A stretch of DNA of 64,000 bases from Thalia democratica (lineage: Eukaryota): positions 72,416,001 to 72,480,000 of the forward strand of contig OZ241827.1 in the NCBI GenBank assembly GCA_965202585.1. Reading direction: 5' to 3'. The notes beneath the pieces were generated by a model. That model had not been told where the DNA came from, searched no databases, and saw nothing but the letters and a program-made list of their open reading frames with translations. Both the position numbers and the translations under genes were made by a program. Shown here piece by piece: positions 45,080-60,239 of this stretch (positions are counted from its first letter, which is position 1; every line of letters starts with the position of its first letter).

Positions 45080-46400
45080 ACTGAAAAAAATAGTTCTAAA
45101 CTTATTTAAGAATAATGAAACAAATATGCAAGATTAATTAATTAAGATTTTTATTTGCAAAACTAAGTTTCACCCTTTTAGGGAGCTTCAGTTAAAATTT
45201 AAACCTGAAAAATAAAAGTTCAACAAAACATGGAAGATACTTTAAAGCAAAACAAAATAAGTAAATTAGAAATTGTAAATTATGTTAGTTAGAAAATTAA
45301 TCAATAATTTGAATAAAATACTAAATAAACCTTATGGGTTACGGCCCTTTAAAAACTGAATGTGAAACTGATATATTAAAGAAAACATTAATGGCTCAAA
45401 GTTTAAGGAATAAAACAAGCTACTTACATACTATGATATACAAGGAAATTTTCGAGTCTTTAAATTGAAACTTACTTATACTGAATGTAAAACTTTTAAC
45501 TTTAAAAAAAATACTAGCTTGAAGGCAATAAACTAAATAAAATTAAAACTATAACACACAAAGGATTTAAGTCTTTAACTTTAAAAAATAACTTATACTG
45601 AATAGGCTACTGGAACTTTAAACTTTTAAGTTTGTTAAAAACTTTTAACTTTAAAAAAAATATATAGTGGCATAGAACTAAAAAACAAAGTAAATAATTT
45701 TTATATTATAATAAATAAAAAGTTTTGAGGCTTAAATACGAAAACTGAATAACTAGAACTACTAAGTAAATTGAAAATTTTATTTAGGTGTTGAACATGA
45801 AACTACTAGATTTAAAAACACAATAAGATAAAAGTGAACAATAAACTAAATAACTTACATAATACCATACACAAAGGGATTTAAATTAAAATTTTAACTT
45901 GATAGGCTACTAGCTGACTGAACTAATTGAATCGAACTGATTGAAAATAGCATTGAAAATTTTTGAATTGTATCGCTTCTATTATTATGACGTAACTAAT
46001 GTATACTTCTTTGATTTAATTTATTGCTAGTATGATTAGTTTTTTTAGTTCAAAGCTGAAGTTTTATTAAGTTATCTAAGTAGGACTAAAATCATTGTGC
46101 ACTTATAAAAGAAAACGAATTTAATTAATTAAAATAAAATGACATGCAAAACTAGCTAGCAAGCTCTTAAGTCTTAAAGTTAAGTTTTTTAAGTGTCGAC
46201 AGTTAGCAAACAGTTTGTGTTTTTTGTTTTAGTTGTTTTTTTTATTAGCTCTGGCTATTTCTAGCTTTTCTAGGCTGCAAGTGCTACATATACAGTGGAT
46301 TTTTCTTACCTCCCCGATGTAGTTAATGATATACCGTTTAATATTATGTTTAATACTATTTAAAAAAAAAGAGTTTATTAATTAAAATGAATGACAGAAA
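45080..46400. other. ~1.3-kb segment present in unit 2 but absent at the equivalent point of unit 1, with internal degenerate direct repeats
   Basis: Unit 1 goes from ...CATGGGAATAAA... (32460) to ...AGAATTTAATCAA... within ~100 bp; unit 2 takes ~1.4 kb; edges approximate. Confidence 0.55.
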
Positions 46401-48900
46401 AACTTTATAAATAATTCTAAAATATAGAATTAGACTTGACATGTACTTATAAATTTAGAATTTAATCAATTTAGAACTTATTAAAATGATTCTTATTATT
46501 TGTTAAATAGTATTTAGATTATTTTTTCAGTACAAAACACCTTTTTTAAAGTTTTATGACGAAAACAAACTCAACCACATTAAATTGTACTTAACTAGTA
46601 AAAACATTTCCACACTAATAACAAATTAAAAAATAAATAATTTTTTTTTATGATTCTAAAGAATTTAATATATAAGTTAAAAGCCAACATTACAACTGAG
46701 ATAAAATTAGTTAAGCTTTAAAAGTTTAAATTAAATACTTAGGCAGAGTTTAAAAAAAAGTTTACTAACCTTTATGTTTTTTAGTTAGAATCTGTAAGTA
46801 AAAAATGTTTTATTTTTTGTACCGCCAAGTTTCAGTTGAAACTAAAACCGTTGTTAAACAAATGGTAAATTTGATAAACCCTAAGCTGTTAGATAGTTAA
46901 ATTATATAAAGACTTGCTTGTAGTTTTAGCAAACATCAGTTTAACAATTTGGTGGTTTTTAAAAGTATCAGCTTTTTTTTTTTTTTTTTTTTTGAAATTA
47001 CTTAAATAAGCAACTGTACTAAACATTTAAGACACAACCATAATAACAGCTAATAACAAACTTAATAAAATTACAATTAAATAAATGTTCAATTAAAAAA
47101 TTTCTTAATAGAAAAATGTTTGACATTTTAAGTTATTAACAATTTAAAATTCAAAAAGTGTAGTTTTAAGTTATTTAAGTTTGTACATAAACTTCTTTAG
47201 TTTGAATATTTAAGTACTAATATTTTTCAGTAAGCAATTAATTTTTATAAAAATTTTGTGTATAATCCAGCTTTTAATACATCTAAAAAGTTATACGATA
47301 TATATCTAAAAATTCTGAGTGTTTGTTTTATAACAGGTCTACTTACTCAGTTATTATATGTTAGTTTTTTCTTCGTTTAAAAGTAACACAACCACAGTTA
47401 AGATTTTCTACATAAAAGTACAGGATTATAATGTTTTATAAAATATTTTTATTTGTATTAAGTCTAATATGAGCTAGATGATAACATTATTAGATAAATA
47501 TCAAATTGATAATACTTATTTCAGTTAAATTTATAAACGGTAAAAATTTGATTACAAAAAACTATTACCGTTTTAACAAAAATGCCAGTTAAAATAAGAG
47601 TGCTTTTAAGTTTTTAGTATTAACTTTATCTGGATAAAACATAGTTATAAATTGAAACACTACTTTAAAAACGATTTTTCTTCAAGGTTAAACATACTAA
47701 AAATTGTTAAACGTAACATAAGTTTTAACATAAAAACTTAAACATCTTTAAGAAACAAAAGTCTATCTTAGAAAAAAAATGTTAGAAGACATTCGCTTAG
47801 TGTACAGTTTTAGTCAGTGGCTTAAAGTTCGAATCGCTTACAAGATCGAAAAATCATTTGTCGCGAGCCGTTAAAATACTACAGTTGTTTAAAACGTATC
47901 CAAGTTGTGGCAGGGTTTGCAACTGAATGAATGGTCATGAATTGCAATGTTTTTGTCAGTTCAACTACGGTCTGCAACTGTTCGAAAAGATTGATATGAC
48001 TCTTCTCTTATACAGGAAAGGCCCTGATCGACCGAGCAAGTAAATAAACATTTGTTTAAAATTGTCAAAACATTCATTGTCAAAATAGTCGGACACGTGT
48101 TACAAAATTATGATAAAAATATGCCGGTTTAGTTACTGTTATTGAGTGACAAAAAATTATCAAAGTTGAATTTTGTATACTTTTAAAATTTTTTACATCA
48201 TTTGATTTTGTTTAAATGATAATTAATTAATTAGCTTTAAGTAATTTATTATTTATAGTCTGCAAAACTGTAATTTGGGAAAACAATTAAATAGTAAGTT
48301 TCTAAATTAACTTTTATTTTAAAGTGAGAAAAATGAACATAAATTTAAGTAAAATCGTTGGTGTATCACACTAACATACTAGTTTCTGTTGGTTAATAGT
48401 ATATACTAGTATGTTAGTCCGCAAATTAAGATTTTAAAAGTTCAACTTCAAAAAGTTTAATAAATTCTTGTTGTTGAAGTTTTATTACAAGTATTTTGTT
48501 TTATGTTCTAATTTATCCGTAGTTAAGAAACAACAGTATACTGTTAGGTTGTCTGGAATATATATTAAACGTAACTTTCTAGACTAACTAACCTGTAATA
48601 CTGCATAGTCGTTTTAATTACTGTGTGCGACTTTATTCAACCAATTTACTTTCAGTTAATCATTTTATAGTAACTTTTAAGCAATGGTGTACTGCGTTTT
48701 TACTTTATGATAGAAGTTATAGGGCTAATGTAGCTTTTTTAACGAAACAAATGTTTTATCTATATTCCTTGAGTAGAACTGTTTTTTTATAAATACTAAT
48801 ATCTCATACCAGTGACAATTATTCTAATGCATAATGTACCAATTTTTAAAACAATTGAATGATCTACTTTGCTCTGCTTCGCTTGAACATAGAGCATTAA

Positions 48901-49050
48901 ATGTCTAATTCAAAACAAAACTTCGAATTATACCTTGATTACAATCTAGACTTTGCTTTAGACGTTGATTTCAATAATAAGCTTAATAAAAAACTACAAA
49001 ATAATTTACTGGAATTCGGCTTTCTACTACTTGCTTGTAGACTTTTTAAC
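48901..49050 (+). CDS. Candidate leader exon of receptor A2
   Basis: Near-identical to 35078-35227 with the same AAC|GTGAAG donor. Confidence 0.5.
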
Positions 49051-50473
49051 GTGAAGAAAACATTTTTAGTCAAAACTATTTAAAAAGTTTGACAGTTTTG
49101 GTTCTTTTTAAATTATAGTTGATATTTTTATCACAAATTGTTGGTACTATGTCATTAAATATTTATTTTAGTGAAATTTAAGTATACATATAATCTAAGT
49201 ATATCTAACTATAAACGTAAAAACAAGCAACAGCTTTAAAATAAATGAATTTTTAAAATTTTTAGTAGTTTATAGAATTTTATTTTTGTTCTAGTTTAGA
49301 TTCACTTTACTTAATATAACCAATTTATCATAGAGCTTAAGTACGTTCAACAGTACTAAGTATCTCACATAGTTATTAAAATGTTTTAGAAGTGTGTCAT
49401 GTTTTAACTGAAACTATTTTAGTAAAATTGAAGTACAACATAAAAACTTTTCTTTACACAATATTAGTTGCAAACTGTAAAAAAATTTTAATTAAAGATT
49501 ACCAAAGCTGTTTGTACATCTACGAAACAACTTTAAAATTTTTACTAAAAATATTTTTATATTTAACAGTTTAACTAAATAAGGTAGTAAATACCAAATA
49601 AATTCTAACTACACAAAAGAAAACTTTGTTACTCATTTAACAACTTAGCTACGTATCACAGTTTCATTAAATTTTATGTCACGAATTTTTACCAATGTAC
49701 AAAAACAAGGTATGATGCTTTAAAAAAGGCTTTTTTGTACGAAAGATATTTTTAATTTAGTTGAATTTATTTGTTTGGTGATTAATTCTAATTAGTTGTT
49801 TTTTTTTTTGTTATTTTACTTTTTTAAAACAATTGTTAAACAACCAGTTGATCTTTATAGTATTTTTATACAGTTTGCTTTAGTTCTGTATTTTGCTGCT
49901 TAAACTTTTTGTTGATGTTTTAAAAAAAGAGTTGTTTGGTTTGATTATTGGAGTATTTAAGTGACACAATTAAACAAGAATTTCAAAATGAAAATCAAGT
50001 TTATAATTTTTATTTTGGTATTTTAATTCTTACCAGATAGTAAAGTATAAAAACTAATATACAAAGAGTTTCTTAATTTCACATAAGAGATTTTTATGTG
50101 ATGACTATAAACAGTTTAAACTTATATATTGTAACTTCAAATGTAGCTTTAGTTTTTCTAAAAACAATCTTTCAAAGTGATTTGTACACTATCTTCAAAA
50201 ATTAAAATATAAACCCAAAAATTTGATACTTAATAACTTATTTATGTTATGTTTTTTTTGGAATATAAAGAAAATAATATATTTATTAGTCTTTTAAAAT
50301 TCTAATTTAAAATAATTATTTAATTTTCACAACTTTTATCATTAAAACAGCTTTACATAAATACTTTTAGTTTATAACCAAAAGTATAAAAAAGGTTGTA
50401 AAAAAACTTAGCCAAAGTGTTATAGTTCTTCTGTTTTCTCTAAGTATAAGAAATTTAAACAACTTGTTATCAG

Positions 50474-51706
50474 ACACTAAATATCAAAATGGATTGCAAA
50501 TACATTACAACTGATGAGATAAAGCGACTGAGGTGCGATGATTTCCTGTTTGTTTACGAGTATTTTACTTTCGAAGAATCCGTTGAATTTTGCAGAATTC
50601 AAAATTACCAGTTTGCCAAAATCAACGTCAAGGATGGTAAAGTGGATGATAAGGAGTTGAAGAAGTTTGTAAATGTAATTAGGGGCTCCTACCGAGTAGG
50701 ATTGAAATTAATAAACAAAAATGGAACTTGGTCTAGAAACTGGTTTGATGGCGAAAAGTATGATGAAATGTCAAGTGGTGAAATAAAAGTTTTAAATGAG
50801 TATCACGAAAATGATAGTTGTTACGACGTATTTGTAAACATATACGAAAGTCGTATCTACAAAGTGAAGTGTGTTGACAAAACTATGTTTTTATGCAGAA
50901 AGCCAGAAAATAGTTTAACAACAAAATCGTCCAAAAGATTTTCCTATTCACAAATTACTAAAAATCCACGTATTAATCTTGGTCAGGAAACAACTTCTCC
51001 ATATTTGTATGAAACCTTGAAAAATGTTTCTTTTAGTGACACTACCAAATCCAAAGTTGGTTTTACTAAGACATCCACAGACATAACAACTTCAAAACCA
51101 GCTAGGTTTAAGACACCTATAAGCACAACAAACTCATTTTATTCATCAAAACGTATGATCAATAATCCCTTTGTTACAACTACAAAATCCGGAGTAGTTT
51201 CTTTTACAAATAAAGCTATTTCAAAACCAGGTAGTTTTTTAAACAATAGTGAGTTCATAAAAAATAAATTTTTATTGATCGGAATGGGTTCTTCGTTGTG
51301 TTTTCTTTTTATTATTTCCCTTTTTTTACTTGCTTACATCTACCACAACAAAAGAAACATAAGAAACAAGAAAAACAAGAGAAATAAAAATATTGGAATG
51401 TCAGAGGTCAGGTTCTCACCAGTCGCAGTTGAGGAGCACCAGTTTTATGACGTCACAGCGAATAACGACATAAAGAATGACATCACACCAGTTGTAAGTG
51501 TGAAGCGAGACATTGCAGCATCGCTTCCAATATCGTGTGATATTTGTCATGACGACGTCACAATTCCTTCTTGTTCAGTTCTTAATGACGTCATAATACC
51601 ATGTAATGCATGTCGTAATAAAGTGAGCAAGTTGAAAATAGAAAATGACAAAGATTCAGTTAATCTTTCTCAAGACTTTAGTTTTTGGGTTCACGTTGAA
51701 GAATAA
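50474..51706 (+). CDS. CTLD-TM receptor (copy A2), main exon
   Basis: 405-aa ORF from 50489; 5 aa differences from A1. Confidence 0.85.
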   Translation, partial: TLNIKMDCKYITTDEIKRLRCDDFLFVYEYFTFEESVEFCRIQNYQFAKINVKDGKVDDKELKKFVNVIRGSYRVGLKLINKNGTWSRNWFDGEKYDEMSSGEIKVLNEYHENDSCYDVFVNIYESRIYKVKCVDKTMFLCRKPENSLTTKSSKRFSYSQITKNPRINLGQETTSPYLYETLKNVSFSDTTKSKVGFTKTSTDITTSKPARFKTPISTTNSFYSSKRMINNPFVTTTKSGVVSFTNKAISKPGSFLNNSEFIKNKFLLIGMGSSLCFLFIISLFLLAYIYHNKRNIRNKKNKRNKNIGMSEVRFSPVAVEEHQFYDVTANNDIKNDITPVVSVKRDIAASLPISCDICHDDVTIPSCSVLNDVIIPCNACRNKVSKLKIENDKDSVNLSQDFSFWVHVEE

Positions 51707-52410
51707 AGAGTATTTTCTTGCTAACAAGTATTGACTGAAAATTAAATACACATATATATATATTATTGAAACTAAACTATTGTACATTGATGTTCATTAA
51801 AAATATTTTACCTGTTTTACAAATAATTGCACTAAAGTTGTTAAGTATGTTTATACTCTACTTAAACTGACATTTTTCATATCATACGCTAGTATAAGTT
51901 ATAAACTTTAGTGTATTTTAAACATTTGTTGTTGTTGCATTAAAAAAAATTTCTAAATGGTTCATTACAGTAAGTTAAGCATTTTAAATACATAATATAG
52001 TGTTTATAAATACTTTGATGCGTCAGTTTTTTTTAAGCAAACAACTATTATTCAATAAAAGTTTCATACTTATCAAAAATTATACACAAGTGAGCCATAA
52101 TACTCACTTGTGATAATTTTAAATTTTTGCTGTTTTGTTTAGTTTTGTATAAACGGGATGAATAAAAAAATTACAGCCTACTAATAAGAAGTTTGTAACA
52201 TTTAAGTAAATTCTATATTATATATATATATATACATTTATATATACTATTGAAAAAGTACGATTTATAAAATACTGGTACATATGTTTCATAAAGCTTT
52301 AATCATCAGCCACTTAAATTCATTATTTTAAAATCGCACGTTTCCAATAAATTATTCTAAAGTCCTTCAAGTGGGCTCTGTAGAAGGTGTTCAAGTTTGA
52401 ACAATAATCT

Positions 52411-52448
<38 letters not shown>

Positions 52449-52986
52449 AGTATTGTTTAAGACGTCTATGAAATTTTAACTTGTATATGACATACACTGC
52501 TGAGCATAAATAGATTCGTAGTTGAAGCACAATCACTCATTAATTGCTTCTTGTCACTTAGTTAACTGAAAAAGGTCGTCATGGACCACCAATAGTAAGA
52601 AGAATCTGAACCTAACCAACTCAATAGAATCATTGGGATGACTGAGGCAAAATTTAAGTGATGGACTGAATTATCACTCGAAAATTCGACTTGCAGCAGT
52701 CATCTATAATAATTAAACTAAGTACCCCAGACTTTTAAGTTTTGGGATGTTTAAAACACCGTGTTTAAGTTAAAATCTGGGGTGTTTAAAATGTTAAAGT
52801 ATTCAAACTTGCTAACGGACGCCACAGCAGAAAAAGGAGGAAACGAAAGATCATCGACAATTTTGTCTGTATGCTTCAAGTTTCTTAAATTAATGACACA
52901 GTTCAACGGAGTTTTCATGAAATGAACATAACTTGCAAAGATAGATATTTTGTTTTAAAAATTTATATAATGTATAGTTTATTAAT

Positions 52987-53047
52987 ATGCTACAAAACAA
53001 TTTAATAGAATTGGGATTTTTGCTACTTTCTTGTAGAGTTTTTTGTC
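52987..53047 (+). pseudogene. Leader exon of receptor B2
   Basis: Same sequence as 39172-39232. Confidence 0.55.
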
Positions 53048-54423
53048 GTAAAAAGATAATGGCAAACCTATATGTAATTTTTTTTTCAAAAACTTCTTTG
53101 TTTAAACAAATTTAGATTAATCTTTCAAAATTTTATCTGGCATTTGGATCATGAGTTACTTCGATTTCTCAGTTAGTGAAACCAATGTATAGTGTATACA
53201 AGTTAAAAATGTTTAAACGAGTACTTAAATTAAAATTCTAAAGTTTTAAAGTACTAATTGGTTGATAGGTGTTTTAAAATACTGTTTTAGATCTACGTTA
53301 ATTTTGTTATATATAAGACTTTTTTTTATTATTAACGTCATATAGCTTAAGTACATTTTAAAAAAACTCACGTATATAGAGTTTACAATTTATTTTAATA
53401 CCTGAAAACAGTGTTAAGTTTTTTACCAATACGAATAAAAAGTATAAAAGTATAACATAAGAGTAGTAAGTAGTTTTTTTTATACAAAAAATTAAGTATA
53501 AACTGCAAATACATTTCAAAACAATTAACTTTTAAATAGTTAAAAAGTGGTATAAAAAGTAGATTAGCATTAAAAAAAGACTTTCAAACTTTCAATGATT
53601 AAAAATTTAACATACTTTTTTAGAGTTTTTATTAAAGTATAATTTTTTTTTGGTAAAATGTCCTTACGCATAAAAAAATATTTAGGTATTACATCATGTA
53701 TTGTACATCAAGTCAAGAATAATTTATAGAACCTTTAAAATCTCAATGTGGATTTATTTAAAAAAAAGCTTGTTTTTACGTTTTATAAAACTGTTTTTTT
53801 TTTTTTTTGTGTAAATTTGAAGTTTCAATTTAGTTAGGATTTTCGACCAATACTTTTTAATAGAAAACTTTTATTAGAATAAATCGCTGGTAAACAAGGT
53901 TTATTGTTGAAAATATCGTTTGAGATTTGAATTTAATTTATAGTTTATAATTTTTAATAAAAATTGAATTTTTGATAAAGCTAAGTATCTAGTTTTGAAT
54001 TAGTTCCCTGTGCAGGGAAAAATCTAGTTTAAATATTAAAAATGTTTAACTTAAGCTTTAGTTTAAAAAAAAATTATTTGAAATTTAGTTTTTTAATTAC
54101 AGCAAAAAATATTTTTTATAGTCAAGTTTGAAAACAATGACGACATATGAGTTTTTTTTTTGGTTTTAAGTGTTGAGTTATACATAATATACTAAAAAAA
54201 ACTATTTCAAAAGTATTTATTCTTTTTTTTTCATTTTCAACACACATCCTTAGTATTAAAGCATAACTATTACTTTTAAATTTCATAAAACGTTTAACTA
54301 TTGTTTTTGTTCTGTAAGATTAAAACAAGCTGAAAATTTTACACTTTTCTTGTTTTTGTTTTACAATAATTGTACAATTTTTGAAACTTTGACTTAATAC
54401 CCTAACTGTTTTATTTATTTTAG

Positions 54424-55874
54424 CATTAGTTTCGCAATTAGGTAAACAAAATAATATTGAATGTGCGTGGTCGTTAAAACCTGAGTGATCAATTTTCATC
54501 AGTCAATAATTATTTGAGATGAGTAGTAAACTCATTGACTTCGATGTTTACAAATGCGGTGGGCTTCTAATTGTTTTTAAACCGTTGAGCTTCGAACAAT
54601 CAGTCGGAAACTGCAGAAATCGAAACTATCAGCTGGCTAAGATAAACGCCAAGCAAGGCGAGGTTGACGATGACAAGTATGAGAAGTAAAAAAAACGGAA
54701 TAAAAGGTCTTTTCCGTGTAGGTTTGAAACTTGTGAACGAAAGTGGTCTGGAATGTGGATTGATGGTGGAATGTACGACGAAATGTCTAGTGGTGAAATA
54801 AAATTGTTCCATAAGTACCATGAAAACAGTAGTTGCTACGAGGAAATTGTAAACATGCAACACAAAAATCGAATTTTGAAAGTACAGTGTGGTGACACAG
54901 GTGTTTTTCTATGTAGAAAGCCAAAAAATAATTTGACAACAAAATCATCGCAAGGATTTCTTATTTAACAATTACTAAAAAGCAACAAGATAATATTTGT
55001 ATAAAAGCTTGAGTCTGAGTCTGATTTAGTCCCTATTGAGACATTTATAAATGCAACAACTTCAAAATCAGCAAGTATTAAGGCACCTATAAACACAAAA
55101 AAATTATCATACTTACCTAAAAATAGAAACAGACGTACATTTGTTACAACTACCAAATCGGGATTAGTTTCTTCTAAGGCATCATCAAATTCAACTATTT
55201 CAAAGCTAGGTAGCTTTTTATACACTGAATCATATATGTGTGAATCTATTAACAAAACTTTATTGATTGGAATAAGCCTTGCTTTGTGCACATTTTTTTC
55301 CCTTTTTTTAATTGCTTACATCTACTACATCAAAAGAAACAAACAAAACAAGAAAAACAAAAGAAATAAAAATATTGGAATGTCAGAGATCAGGTTCTCA
55401 CCAGTCGCAGTTGAGGAGCACCAGTTTCATGACGTCACACAAACATCTAACAACGTCACAAAGAATCACGTCACAGCAGCTGTAAGCATGAAATGTACAG
55501 ACATTGCAGCATCGCTGCCAATTTCGTGTGATGTTTTTCATGATGACGTCACAATTACACGTAATGTTTGTCATGATGACGTCACACCGAAAAAATTCGC
55601 GTCGACAACAGATGATGTCACAACAGATGCATGTTTAAAACGTGCAAAATTAGATAATAATGTAGCATCGCTTCCATTTTCGTGTGGTATTTGTCATGAT
55701 GACGTCATAACTCCGTCTTATTCTAGTCGTAATGACGTCAAGTCATCAGATTTGAATAAAGATTCAGTTGATCATTTTGATGGTCACAATGAAGTGAGTG
55801 AGATGAGTACTGAAAATAACATAGATAATCCCGATGAAGATTATAGCTTTTGGATTCACGTTTCTGAGTACTGA
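54424..55874 (+). pseudogene. CTLD-TM receptor pseudogene (copy B2)
   Basis: Stops at 54486 and 54687, 6-bp deletion near 54745, 1-bp deletion near 54950, shared frameshift near 55010; TM/tail ORF 55236-55874 is intact. Confidence 0.85.
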
Positions 55875-58800
55875 TTACTCTTGTGCCTACCATAATAAGA
55901 CTAAAACTTTCTAATAACATAAAAATACTTTTTTCTTTGAAAAAAAGAACTAAGTCTTATGTTTGTTAACGACATTTGATACTTTTTTTTTTCATTTTAC
56001 AATCATTTGCATTAAAATGTTTCAATTTATTTAAAGACTTTACTGTATTTCAAATATTTAACCTTTTAAAAGCTAATGAAAATCATAAGGTTAAACGTAT
56101 ACTGCCGTAAATTTGATTAAACGTACCTTTTAAGTTAAATTAACGTTTATATAAGATTACGATGTAATAATACATTATTTATAATTATAAAAAGTATGAA
56201 ATTGTTTCTAAACAATAGTTTTTTTTTTTTCAGAAAGAGTTATATATCAAAACTTTAAGCACACTATATACACTTTATTGTACTAATTAAGATGTATTAA
56301 TACTAATTTATGGTAAAGAACACTTTATCTATTTGTTTCTAAGCATATCAATATAAATCGTTTAGTATTTTTCACTTGTTTATTGTGTTATAAGATTAAA
56401 AGTATCAGTTCCGATACAGTTTTTGCATATACTTTATAGTTTTTAAAGCAAATAACGGATACAGATAATTTTAATGAAAAACAATGTAAAATTTTTTTTT
56501 TATGTTTATAACTTTTTTTTTGAGTTTTTAGTGAATACTTTATTTGTTTGCTTGCTTTAGACTTTGTTGCTTTGTTCATACTAATAAAAAATAGACTTTT
56601 ATTAAAACTTCGAATAACTATTTCTGATAGAAAAATACTTACTATCGTTTTTTTTTATGTGTTAACCATTAGAGCTCTGTTTGTTTTTTATCTATTTTTT
56701 CATTAATTTTTTATAGTTTAACACTATTTCTTTTCTATTAATTAATAAAAAATAACTGAACCGATTTAATGTATTAAATTAAAATTGATTGTTGTTTTAA
56801 TTGGTCTTTGTGAACTACTTTAATTACTTTCGGTAATCTGTATTCAGTCTAGTCAATATGTATTATATTCATAATATAATATGTACTTAAATACTTTATT
56901 GTTTTGTTTTAACAATGTGAACTAAAAACTAAAGTAAAGTATAGATCTTTTGAACCTTATTTTATATTTTATTGTTCTTTTTTGAGCTAAGTATAATCTA
57001 AATGAGTTTAAAACTGAAATCTGAAAACTTTACAAAACATTTTTTTCCTTTTTAAATGTCTATGTCTTTTAGAAGTTCTCGTTGCTTTAACTACCTCATA
57101 AAAACTTCCAAGTGTTTGTATATAAAATAATTCAAAAAGTACTTAAAGTTTACCTTGGTTAAATAAATTGCTATAAACTCAAATCAAATAAAAAAAACGC
57201 ATGTTAGAAATTTAGAAATTGTTTAAACTAAATTGAAAACCTATGTTATCAGTTTTCTAGGACTTAACTAAAATCATAAACCATCTTTTAAAACCATTAT
57301 TTCACACAAAAATAACAAAAAGTAGTCAGAAACAAATGTTTAAAACTTCAAACAAAAAAAGTTTGACCTTTAATACTGACAAATCGAATTTTAAGGTTAT
57401 TTTAATCTGTTTATACATGAAAAGCACAACAACACAACAGAGAAACATTAGGTGTACAAAAATAGTTATTTAATAATTTTTTTCGTAGTTCGTAAAACGA
57501 TTGTATCGCAATTTTGTGTTTGATTTTTAAACACTGTTAGTGCAAACACTTTTTGTTAGTAATGATTTGATTAAATTTTACTTATAAGTCTTTAATACTG
57601 TTTACTGTTTGTTTCATTCGATTTTTTAATAAATTGTCAAGTTTGAGTTAATAAAATTATGAATAAAAGTTACAAACGCTAGTAAAACACAATAAACTAA
57701 TAATTTAAAGATATTATTTTTTGTATGAATTTTTATTTATAAAGTTATTCAGTTTGGATCTTAAATCATTTTAATAGTAGTGTATTGCTGATAATCCAAT
57801 TTTTTACATCGAAAAACTTTGAGCTTTCAATAAACTCCAAATGCTTGTTTTTACAATGTTATTGCTTAATTATGTATTAAAATAAACTTAGAAAAAATTT
57901 CAAAAAAATTCATATATTTCAGTGATAAATTTATAGAAAGTAAGCATTCGATAAAAAAAAATATTTACAGTTTAAACAGAAGTTTTTTTTATGGAGGCTA
58001 CTTGTAGTTTTTGAATATTTACTTTGCCTGAACTCAAAATAACTATAGCATAAAACATTTGAATGAATCTTTGCTTTTAAATGGCTATATTTTTTTTCTA
58101 AAAGTTTAAACTTTTTAATAAGCAAAATAAGTTTATAAATACCTAGCTCTTTTGTTTACTTGTGTTGGCAGTAAAGAAAATTAATCATTTTTTATTATTT
58201 TTAGGTAACGTACAAAATACTTTATATATACTTTATGGTACTGTTCATACAATTAGGTTATTGTTTTACTTGCTTAAAGGATGTGCGTTGCTTTGATAAT
58301 AAATTATGTATTACTACTTAAGTTATCTACTAACTTAAACTACTGTCTGAAAAGAGCTTAAATAGCATTCTTCAACAGTAGTTTTCAGACTTTTTTGTCG
58401 TAAATACAAATAGTACTATATAAAAACCAAAAATACTTTCCAATATCTCAAAAATAAACTTTCAGAGTTTATTTTATACGTAGTTTATACCAGGGACAGC
58501 TATAGACTGGCTACCTAGTGCTACCCCAAAAAAAAAGTTTAAATTTGTTACTTAGTACGTTTTTAATTCAGGCATATAAAATACGTGTTGTTACTTCCTG
58601 CTTAATTTATAAAATTAAGTGCTAAGCAGCACAGCATAAAATCCACAACTTGGAAACAGCTGTAAATAGCATATAAAAATATCCTTTTTTTTATAGTTCA
58701 ATAATAAGTTTATGACTAGTGTAAGTTTATTTAAAATCTAGAAACTTTTTATTGTTCATCCAACGTAGAAACTTTACTTAGAGAAAACATATAATTTAAT

Positions 58801-60113
58801 GACAAAAAATACGCTTAAAATATTACTTCTGTAAGCTTAAATTCCAAGTTTCTGAAGGAAAACCTCGCAGTTTAAAATATTAATTTCAAGAAAATTGATA
58901 ATAACAAAAATATTATAGAAAAGAAAATAATTATTAGAATACATAAAAACTATATTTAATCGACTCTATCATTACCTTAAAAATATGTGTATATTAATTA
59001 CAAATATTTGAAAGTGATGCTTTTTCAATTAAAGTAATCTGAGTATTTAGTTTTACTAGCTGGTTTTAAACTAGAGTGGACTCTAGAATTAAACTACCAT
59101 TGGGCGTGAGTCATTTTACTAAATGATGTTAAGTTTATTTTATCCAAGTTATGGCAGGGTTTGCGATTCGATGAATGGTCATTAACTGCAACGTTTTAGC
59201 CAATTCATCTATGGTCTGCAACTGTTCGAAAAGATTAATATAATGTCTCTCTAATACATAAGAGGCCCTGATCTACCGAGCAAGTAAATAAACATTTGTT
59301 TAAAGTGTTTCTATACAGTTTATGTCAAAGTAGTTGCAAGTTTATGCCGGTTTAGTTTACTGTATGTGAATGACAAAAAGTTAACAAGGTTGAATTGTGT
59401 ATTCTTTTTAATATTAGTTAGATAGATCACTTGATTTGGTGTAAACAATAATGAATTTATGAGCTTAAAGTAGTTTGTTAGGTTTAGTTTGCATTACTAT
59501 AACTTTGAAGAATAATTTTAGAAGTAAATTTGTGAGTTCAATAACTTCTTTTTACAACGACATAAATGAAATTATTTCATGTAAAATCATTAATATATCA
59601 CAATATATTACTGGTTTCTGTTGGTTTATTGTATATACTAGTACGCTCGTCCGCAAATTGTTCAACAAATTTTAAAAGTTCAACTTCAAAAAGTTTAATA
59701 TATTCTTGTTGTTGAAGTTTTATTACAAGTATTTCGTTTTTTGTTTTAAAGCTAATATATCCCTAATTAAAACAAAACAGTATGCTGTTAGGTTGTCTTG
59801 AATATATTTTAAACATTACTTTCTAGACCTATTAATTTGTAATAATGTGTAGTCGTTTTAATTACTGTTTGCTTCTTTAATCAATCGATTTACTGTCAGC
59901 TAACCTTTTTATATAATTTTGTTTTACTACGGTTTTATTTTATGGTAGAAGTTATTAAGTCCTATGTGGCTTTTTTTACACAGAAAAATGTTTTGTCGAC
60001 ATAACCTGTTTTTTTTTATAAACAATAATTTGGCCCGCCAATAAATAGTATTCTGATTAATAAAGAACCAAGTTTAAAACAATTGTCTGGTTTGTTTAAC
60101 ATTAAAAAACGAT

Positions 60114-60239
60114 ATGCGAGACCTTGTATAAAATCTTAACTTTGATTTGGACGTTAATTTCAATAGAAAGCTTGTTAGGGAAACGCAAAGTAATTTACTT
60201 GGACTGAGCTTTCTATCCCTTGCTTTTAAAGTTTTTGAT
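60114..60239 (+). pseudogene. Decayed leader-exon homolog upstream of copy C
   Basis: Gapless codon alignment to the A leader (NLNFDLDVNFNRKL..QSNLLGLSFLSLAFKVFD), but TAA at 60129 and the donor GT replaced by CA. Confidence 0.45.

Larger units (their letters stand above)
43430..56540 (+). repeat. Segmental duplication unit 2 (~13.1 kb; genes A2 + B2)
   Basis: Gene offsets 13821 (A) and 13810 (B) relative to unit 1; near-identical core. Confidence 0.88.
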
